Origin: Paraphysomonas bandaiensis
Lineage: Eukaryota > Protista > Chrysophyceae
DNA: 29,043 nucleotides
NCBI GenBank assembly: GCA_965644295.1
Contig: CBFFRP010000086.1
Coordinates: 1-29,043, forward strand
Reading direction: 5' to 3'
Shown here: piece by piece, positions 21,086 to 29,043 of the stretch
Layout: every line of letters starts with the position of its first letter
How positions within the stretch are numbered: the stretch's first letter is position 1
Notes under the pieces: model-generated
What the model saw: the letters and a program-made list of their open reading frames with translations, nothing else
What the model was told of the DNA's origin: nothing
The model's database searches: none
Position numbers and translations under genes: made by a program

Positions 21086-21839
21086 TTACTTAAGTTGATC
21101 ATATACCAATTGTGGTGATTTGTGGTGTTGAAATAGCATTTGTATTCCAAATTCCAAAGAGCGTACGCTCATTTCATTGGCCTTAGTCAATTGATTGGCA
21201 ATTAAATGAAGCTAGCTAGAGTCAATTATAACTGCAATTATGATTCGATGTCCCAATTTCTATAATTGATACGCAGCCCTGCTAGGCACTCTTGGTGACG
21301 CCCCTCGGTAGCGCTCATGACTCCCAATTACTGTATTACTCATTACACATGACTTGTGCTGTCAAGTGCAGGAACTCACAATAGACATCAAAAAAGAATT
21401 GCTTGTATTAGCTTTATACCCGTCTCACTTATCATTTCTAATACGCAGCAGTCTTTAAGAAACAGAACTATTGCATATTAGATGCTAAGGGCTATTCACT
21501 ATGATATGGCCTGTTCGCCAGTACAACGAAATCTAAATGTGCATGTCAACATGCAAAGTTACGCACGCTAATAGATATCATATAAGATGACGCACGTATT
21601 AGACAGATTAAAATCGAATACTGAATTCCAACATATACATTAATATATACATATAGATTACAAGGCAAATGGTGGTGAAAGATAAGTGCGGCCTACATAA
21701 ACATACATCCTATACATATCTGAATTCAATCCAGCAGGTTTAGCAACTTATCTATTTGAGAGAATACAGCACTGCTGTGAGTCGTAAATAGTAAGATCTC
21801 TCCTAACTTCTTCGGAAAGCAAATAAAGCAGTCAATCAT

Positions 21840-22889
21840 TTACTTCTCCGACAGAGTAATTGGAGGCTTATCGATCGCCCGAAAGTTTACAGAAATCGAA
21901 CCTTTTTCAGGAGTATACTGACGAAGGACCACCTGACATTCAACAATAAAATGAGGAAACACTTATCAGGATACTCGACTTACTCCCGCCATATCAAGCA
22001 TACGTCGCGAGGCTCGCATTGAATTGGTGTGCCTGTATTTATCACTAAGGTATACAATCTCAGTGATCCCACTCTGGATTATCATCTTGGCGCATTCATT
22101 ACACGGAAATAAAGCAACATACAACTACATATATACCAATGATTTGACGCAAAAAATTATTTTAAAATCTCTTCAACCTTGCAATTTTCTAGATCTGCAC
22201 TGTTCTTATTAAGTATGGCATTCACCTCTGCGTGACACACATACTGTGCGAATACGGTTAGCACAGCAAAATGTTTCCGGCAGTTTACAAGCCAGACCTA
22301 CCGGATATTTGGTGTCCAACGAATCCTCCGCTTCCCTCGCCCAAGGAAGAATATCATCACTACATCCACGAGGAAACCCGTTGTAGCCGATACCAACTAT
22401 ACGATTTCGGGAATTTACAATACACGCCCCAACTTGAGTTGAAGGATCCTTAGACCGCATGGCAGATAGGAATGCGACAGCTAAGAAGTAGTCATCCCAT
22501 AGAATAACATCTTTTCGCTTAGCACAAACGTTTGCTACGGTGGTCGTGCACTCATCCTTTGAAATTTGGCAGTCTATCATGGCATCTATTCGGATTCGTA
22601 GATGTGAGAGGCCACAAGAGTACAACTCTTGCATATTCTCAGCAATTGTTTGGGTTTCGTGCAATTCCAAGAAGCTTTGAGGAGATAGCCTCGTATCATA
22701 CTGATGCACAGCATGAGAATTGGAAGTATCTACAGCAATGGCCTCATTTGTTCCGAATAAATCGACTATTCGAAGATCCGCAAGAGATGACTGAAATAGG
22801 TCACTACGCTGTCGTAGAGCTCCTGGCCACCATACTCCACCATCAAGATAAACCCACACTAAATCGCTACCTATTCCTGAGGTGCTCAT
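21840..22889 (-). CDS. DCTD: dCMP deaminase with N-terminal PWWP-like domain, 4 exons, about 295 aa
   Basis: Exons 22889-22302, 22243-22178, 22124-21984, 21932-21840 (888 nt in frame). [38 protein letters not shown], and zinc motifs VCHAEVNAI and LFPCNECAK are intact. N-terminus [15 protein letters not shown]...VDLFGT. Confidence 0.92.
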
Positions 22890-24248
22890 TACTCATAAGT
22901 ATCTCTTAATCACACTTAATAGTTATATTTGAAAATTGAAATCGTTCTAATGGGTTTGTGTGAGGTTTGATATACTGTGTACATGTACTCGTAAAACTCC
23001 GAGATCTACAGTGTTTATATATAAAATCAGGGTTTTTGATAGCTTTGTCAAACACAAAAATCTCCATTATTCGTAGTATTGATGACAAACCAGAACTAAA
23101 TATCCTTAGTTTTTGATAACCCAAAATATCACAAAACTCCCCGAAATGTAGGTAAAAGCAGGATTTTCGAGACCTGTGTACAATAAAAATGTCAAAAAAC
23201 TACACATTTTCAAGATAATAATCCAGAGATTGTTAGCTTCACACACATACAACATACGGCAGGATACTCTGGCTGCGATACTTCTATTAATAAGAGGAAC
23301 GCAGGCTGATATGATCATAACCTCACTGTGAATACATGAGCTCATAGTTCTTTCATGCTACATGCTACTGGTTGTTGAATTAGTTGGTGAAAGGTATGGT
23401 TAAGTGGCAATCGTACTGGAGAGTTGGTCTATTTCAAAGACAGAGATAGCAGAGTTGATTCCATGACCATGACTGTCATATAACACCAGAGGGCTCTCAG
23501 GTAATATGATCGGATGATATTGTAAAAACATTCAATTTAGTGGTTCGAAACAGATCATATGAATATACTCATACTGCAGAGATGATCATCAGAGATGAAT
23601 GTAAGATATTTTACTTTCTCACTGTGCCCTATACGTATTGATGTAAATGAGGACGGTGTATAGAAGCATGTCAATCATTGTCACCTAGATATAGGGTGTT
23701 TGGTATCTTAATATCTACCATCTATCGTAAATAGAATATTAGTGCTATATTAGTGCTACCTGTGTAACACTCTGCAGAGTGCAGAGGATGAATACGCCAG
23801 CCTATTAGTAGAATACTATGTTGACATTATAATTTATAAGAGCCTCCTTGTTCTTACTTCTCTTTCCCATAACTGAGCTGAATTTCTTAATAATATTCTT
23901 TGTATATATATTGGTCCAACATATACCAGTTGTCGCCTGTAGTTATCTTGATATTCAGAAAACGATGACACTCTTCCAGATCATGCATCTCAAACTTTTC
24001 ACAGAACCTACGCTTAACACTTACCAGGTAGTTAAAGTCAGCAGATGCAATTATAATATCGGAAAAATTTAATTTTGGCCCTCGTCCCGCATTTGGCCCT
24101 CTACTACAACTAACAATAATAACAATAATTCTTAATTAAAAACACACGCAACACACACTACAACTACAAGCAACAATAACGCACAAAGCAAAGGGTTAAA
24201 TTTAGAAAGAGTTAATAATATCCTAAACAACGCCGGGGCCGGCCCCAC

Positions 24249-24688
24249 TGAAATGGACAGGTCAGTCCAAAGGAGTAAGTTTGCGCAGCTCAACCAATAC
24301 AAGTTTTTGATTGGGAAGAGCCACTATGATCCTGAGGATGGGTGCATGTACGAGGTGGTGAGAGTAGGATTTTACAAGGGGTCCATCGTTGGCTATCGCG
24401 AGCAGTGCAAACTGCAGAATGGATATGTTGTCGATGTGCCCACTGATGATTGTATTTCAATTGAGGAGATAGTGAAATACACTGGATGTGGCAAGGAGTC
24501 TACAGTGACAGCCGAAGACTGTGCTTTCACCGAGGAGATTGAGGCATGCTGTATTGCCCTCGTAAAATCCTACTCTCACCACCTCGTACATGCACCCATC
24601 CTCAGGATCATAGTGGCTCTTCCCAATCAAAAACTTGTACTGGTTGAGCTGCGCAAACTTACTCCTTTGGACTGACCTGTCCATTTCA
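24249..24688. repeat. 132-bp inverted duplication (arms 24249-24380 and 24557-24688, 176-bp spacer)
   Basis: The arms are reverse complements with 2 mismatches (ccaatac/ccagtac and tacaagg/tacgagg). Both strands therefore encode MDRSVQRSKFAQLNQYKFLIGKSHYDPEDGCMYEVVRVGFY. Confidence 0.97.
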
Positions 24689-26305
24689 AATGCAGCGTAG
24701 TCCTCTGGCAATGTGAATTGCTGGAATGGCAGATGTTTCGGCCGGGATGCGTGACCCCTGAGAATTTTGTTTCGAAGTTCGACGTATTCTTGACTTAACT
24801 TCCACATAGTACTCACATACAACACCACGGAAGGATGCGCAGTGGGAAAAGCCTCGTTCAGCTTTCTGTTAAACCTTTCCAGTGGATTGTTGGTTCTATT
24901 AATCAAGCGGGCTGTTGATGACTCGTCTGTTACAATGCCATGCACATTCCAATCATTAGGATCGTACGAGAGCATCCAGGTCTTCACGAAGTATTTCCAG
25001 AATATGTCAAACTTGGCAGATGAACACCTTCGTCAAAATGTTGGCGCACATATGGTATCCCTTTAGGCTCAATATCTTCAATAGGAATTGTTAATAGAAT
25101 GTTGATGAGATCAGTTTTATTCATCAATAGCGTAATCACCTTATCGGGAATACCCAGGCTGAACAGTTTCCTACGGATCGCTTGCTTCCAGTGAAACGCG
25201 TATCCGGTTACAGGCTTGCCCTCAAAGTTCCGTTTGATAGCATTCACCAGACCCTTCTCGAAATTCACTGAGCCATTAAAGATCTCTATCATGAAATCTG
25301 TTGAGGCCTTACTCAAATAAAGAGCCATGGAATACACTTCTTCAAACTTCGATTGCAGCAATATATAAAATACAGGAATGTATAGGGACGAGGCGTAGTC
25401 ATGTATCATAATTACTAGACACTGAGAAAATCCTTTTGGCACACATTTAAAAGTACAGTCTATAAACAGATGGACCGGGCCACCCTTTACAATATTGATT
25501 AAATCAGGATGTGCAAAGCCAATTATATTCTGCATCTGATTGCTAACATTGATTGAAGTATTGAAGTGTAAAATAGTCTCTCGTCGTCATCAGCACAGTT
25601 CACAAGCGGGTACGACGATATAATTTCTTCCCAATCATTGAACTCTAAACGTCTACACTGATGCACCAAAGCTTTGAGTTTTGACGTTTCGAGATATCTA
25701 TATGGCATTCCTACCGAAATAAGCAAAAGAAAATGAAGTGAAAACAGCCAAAACAAAAATATCAATTTTCTCACCGAGCTGCTTATATTTCGCTCGCGTT
25801 GTTTCCGCAACTTCATTTGCAATCGCAATGGAGAACTTCGAAACATCTTTCAACGCCATTGCTTCACAAAGTGGCTTCATTTCACCACTTGCGTCATACA
25901 CACTTTTACAAAACGACGACCTCTCCTTCAAATTATCATCAGATGTTGATGAATTTGAAGGCAATATAAAGGTGGCGGCACCACAGTCGTGCTCCTCTTT
26001 CCCCTTTGAAATTATCAGTTTTTCATCAGATTCTTCTGCTTGCTCGTGAACAAGAATTGTCAATTTAGCAGGACAGCCACATGTTCTTCCTTTCCGGTGT
26101 TTTGAGCACCGATAACAACCCTACAAATTTCCTAAATATAAGGATCAGTGGCTTACTGATAGAGAGTGTATTATACCGAACCATCTTGAAGCCTCTTCCT
26201 CTGCTTGATAGTGTATCTGAAACCTTCCCACTGAAAAGTTGTAGGGAGATCATCGCTATTACAACTATCTTTTCTCCCTGATTCTTCTGAATTAGAATCA
26301 TGCAT
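24249..26305 (-). mobile_element. Decayed Mutator-like (MULE) DNA transposon / transposase pseudogene
   Basis: N-terminal FLYWCH/WRKY-like finger (FQWEGFRYT...YRCSKHR...CGCPAKL...EEHDC); MULE core AHPDL...LFIDCTFKCVPKGFSQ...YIPVFYILLQSK...VNFEKGLVNA...GYAFHWKQAIRRKL; C-terminal KTW...WNV...RTNNPLERFNRKLNEAF.TAHPS. Split by several frameshifts and stops. The usual DFE reads NFE and GCxFH reads GYAFH. TIRs not identified. Confidence 0.9.
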
Positions 26306-26873
26306 TATTAATCGCCTGCTTGATGACAAAATTATTAATGAATTTGTATTAAGTTTTCAAAAAGTCGAAATTAAAAACCAATCGCATTTCTTTTTTCAAA
26401 ACTCGAAATGTTTAAAAGACAATAACTGAAATAATTTAACGAATCAAAATCTTCAGGAGGCAAAAGCTGAAAAAAATTAATTTTAGAAGACCTCAATCCA
26501 TACCTTTTAACCAACTGAAAACATCACCCTGCTGGCAAATCCTCATCCGGTATTCCGATCTTGAGTACTATAAAGCTATCGAAATTACTTTATTTTAGCT
26601 ATTAGAAATAATTGGTATCGTAGATAGTTCTCTTTACTGTGTGGTAGTACGGCCATTCTATTGCTAGAAGCACAGCATATAGACCGTGCGTATTGCAATT
26701 GTACACTATGAACGTATCGTTCCCTATCACCTTGACTGCACTGTTATGAATGAGATATAGACTATATGTAGGTAGTGAAAGGCATAAATGCATTACACGA
26801 GCATACTTCTCGAGTAATAACACGAACACTAAACATCATAATAATAATTATGGTCCGTATTATTACAAATTAT

Positions 26874-29043
26874 TCATTTTCCTTTTTGTCTCGTGACGAC
26901 GATTCCAATCGCTGCCACAATGGCAACAGCACCAGCAACCATAGCTAGTTTGACACCAGTTCCCATTTTCTTCGGCACTACCTCATCTTTCGACTCAGTA
27001 ACACTCAATGGCTGACTTGAACCAATACTCTCTTCAACTGGGCTTGAATCAGTGACCTCATGAGCCACAACAGGGGTAGGCACTCCTTGTGCAACGTCAT
27101 CAATGTCGCTAGCTTCATTGGTAGGTGTAGCCTCCGCAGCGGAAAGAGACGAGGGGCTGATAAATGCCTTGATCTTCAGCGAATTCATTCCACACATCTT
27201 GGCATAGTCAATCGCTGCAGCCAAGGACTCGTCTGATGATATGACGACCTCATCGTTGTCGTCGTCGACATACTTTAGTACTAGCAGCCTCGATTCCGTA
27301 GACAAGTGAAAAGCAACGGTGGTCTTGAACTCATCCGCAGACTCTGTGGTACATTTAATACGGTGCACATTACCTTCAAAATCCATTACTTTGAACACAA
27401 ATACGCGGCTCTCGAGAACACTGGCGGTATCATGATTCCCTGCAGCGGAAAGTGCAGTTGTTGAGGCTTGTGATCTCTGAATACGAAGGTCTGTGATAGA
27501 AAACACGTCGGAGTAAGAGTCATCATTGACAGGAACATATGGAGCCCGTATAACAGGGGACATGGTAACAGAAGTTTTCACGTGTGAAGACTGTTGGGTG
27601 TCTACAGAAGCCGCATCTGATGCATCATCACCACGAGCATTCATCGCATTGCTGAAAAAGTCGCGCCAACCCTTGCCATTGCCATCTTCTCCACCTGCGG
27701 TGTGACATACTAGCTCCATCACATCAACCATACCCAACACTCGGCCACTCTCATCTCGAACAGGCAAGTGGAGATACTTCTGGTCACGCATCTCACGCAA
27801 GGCATCCAACAGGGTCATGTCAGGAGAAACGCAGTCCGGATTGGGCGTCATAACGCTAGAAATCGCAGTCAAGTCAGGCGATTTCTTTTTCGCAATGACA
27901 CGGTTGAGAAGATCCTTCGGTGTGAAAACACCGAGGAGTTCATCATCTTCCATGACAAGCATAGCCCGACTGTCTTTAGCCATCAAACATGCCGCTTCGC
28001 GGACATTTGTAGATGGGCGAACTTTCAGTAAACTACTATCTGAGATCACTGTGCGCAAGGTGGGCATGATTCCACCGAACATCTGTGTCATCAATGCCTG
28101 CATTGCCATCAACTGAGCTTGGTTAGAACCACGACCACCAGAGGCCTTCTTCATTGCATCACTCAAAACACCATTCAACACATCTGTGGATGACCCAGAC
28201 GAATCACCGTCTTGGACCTTCTCAAGGGCGGCCACTGCATCATAAAGACACTTGGCTATGTCAAGCAGTCCCACCACTGCACCGTTCTTATCTAGAACTG
28301 GCAAATGCCGGAAGCGGTTGTCCACCATCATTTCCAACGCATCCAATGCAGAATCTTCCGATCGAACACACTTCGGATTCTTCGTCATCACATCAGAGAC
28401 ATCAGACTGAATGTCAATAAATCGAGCAACGATACGCTTCATTACATCATTATCTGTGAGGATGCCTGATAATTCGCCATGTGTGTTCACAAGTAGTGCC
28501 GCATCTAGTCGTTTTGAAGCCATAGCGTCAATGACATCCAGTATTTTCGACTGGTCGGACAGAGTCACAGGATTTTTCGGGCGTAGCTTCGACACAGGTC
28601 TGTGATTTTTGTTGGATACCTTATTAGCAGGTGCTTTAACACTGCATCCACGACGAGTTAATGACTTCGTGCTAGTGGGAACACTGTGTACAGAGGATGT
28701 GTCGGACATATTGTCTCCGCGAGCATTCATGGCAGTTTTGAAAAAATTTCTCCATCCTTTACTGCTACCATCTGTTCCACCGGCAGAGTGGCTAATGAGC
28801 TCCATGACATCCACCAGACCAAGAACACGGCCATTCTCTTCACGCACAGGCAGATGTAGGTACTTCTGTTCATGCATCTCTCTGAGTGCATCTAGAACAG
28901 TTTGATCAGCAAACATACAGTCTGGATTAGGGGTCATAACTTCAGAGACAAGTACGGTGTCTGGGTCAAGATGCTTAGCAACAACACGGTTCAACAAATC
29001 CTTAGGGGTAAATACACCGACAAGTTCGCCATCTTCATCCAAC
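26874..29043 (-). CDS. Multi-CBS-domain + PB1 protein with C-terminal TM (CBSCBSPB/Mug70-like), 5' end outside window
   Basis: Repeated CBS motifs (GVFTPKDLLNRV, VMTPNPD, YLHLPV, GILTDND, FRHLPV); PB1 domain FVFKV...HRIKC...LKYVDDDNDEVVISSDESL; hydrophobic tail LAMVAGAVAIVAAIGIVV followed by RQKGK. The frame is open to the window edge. Confidence 0.92.
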   Translation of the reverse strand, partial: LDEDGELVGVFTPKDLLNRVVAKHLDPDTVLVSEVMTPNPDCMFADQTVLDALREMHEQKYLHLPVREENGRVLGLVDVMELISHSAGGTDGSSKGWRNFFKTAMNARGDNMSDTSSVHSVPTSTKSLTRRGCSVKAPANKVSNKNHRPVSKLRPKNPVTLSDQSKILDVIDAMASKRLDAALLVNTHGELSGILTDNDVMKRIVARFIDIQSDVSDVMTKNPKCVRSEDSALDALEMMVDNRFRHLPVLDKNGAVVGLLDIAKCLYDAVAALEKVQDGDSSGSSTDVLNGVLSDAMKKASGGRGSNQAQLMAMQALMTQMFGGIMPTLRTVISDSSLLKVRPSTNVREAACLMAKDSRAMLVMEDDELLGVFTPKDLLNRVIAKKKSPDLTAISSVMTPNPDCVSPDMTLLDALREMRDQKYLHLPVRDESGRVLGMVDVMELVCHTAGGEDGNGKGWRDFFSNAMNARGDDASDAASVDTQQSSHVKTSVTMSPVIRAPYVPVNDDSYSDVFSITDLRIQRSQASTTALSAAGNHDTASVLESRVFVFKVMDFEGNVHRIKCTTESADEFKTTVAFHLSTESRLLVLKYVDDDNDEVVISSDESLAAAIDYAKMCGMNSLKIKAFISPSSLSAAEATPTNEASDIDDVAQGVPTPVVAHEVTDSSPVEESIGSSQPLSVTESKDEVVPKKMGTGVKLAMVAGAVAIVAAIGIVVTRQKGK

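Noticed and set aside
21120-21400. Possible structured ncRNA (small hairpins, GC-richer patch) between the DUF4504 gene and DCTD
   Set aside because: No recognisable snRNA, snoRNA box, Sm site or tRNA pattern. An Infernal/Rfam scan would be needed.
7225-22889. S-phase gene cluster (FLASH-like, ORC1, DCTD)
   Set aside because: The genes are separated by unrelated ones, and chance proximity is plausible in a dense genome without synteny or co-expression data.
22906-24072. Short ORFs between DCTD and the MULE
   Set aside because: No recognisable motifs or coherent splice model; likely non-coding or heavily decayed sequence.
24249-24688. The inverted arms as TIRs of an inserted MITE
   Set aside because: The arm continues the transposase frame on one strand and reads in frame into the spacer on the other, and no target-site duplication is evident. 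This fits an inverted duplication better.

Overview
Gene-dense eukaryotic nuclear DNA with very short (about 47-60 nt) GT-AG introns, not a prokaryotic region. Gene content and style suggest a stramenopile, possibly a chrysophyte (inference). Spliced genes rebuilt by hand: SART1/Snu66 (-), VTA1/LIP5 (+), ORC1 with a BAH domain (-), and a dCMP deaminase with an N-terminal PWWP-like domain (-). Single-exon genes: a 96-aa protein resembling the N-terminal domain of FLASH/CASP8AP2, a DBP2/DDX5-type DEAD-box helicase, two type I membrane proteins (one Cys-rich with a PT stalk, one with ten KGKDDDx repeats), a DUF202 protein and a DUF4504/C1orf74-like protein. The 3' part of a multi-CBS/PB1 protein runs off the right edge. 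Transposon relics: a Ty1/copia integrase fragment, an internally deleted hAT element, a small MITE-like palindrome, and a decayed Mutator (MULE) element ending in a near-perfect 132-bp inverted duplication. The strongest leads are the PWWP-dCMP deaminase fusion, the Mu killer-like hairpin and the FLASH-like miniprotein. Family calls come from remembered motifs; no searches were run.
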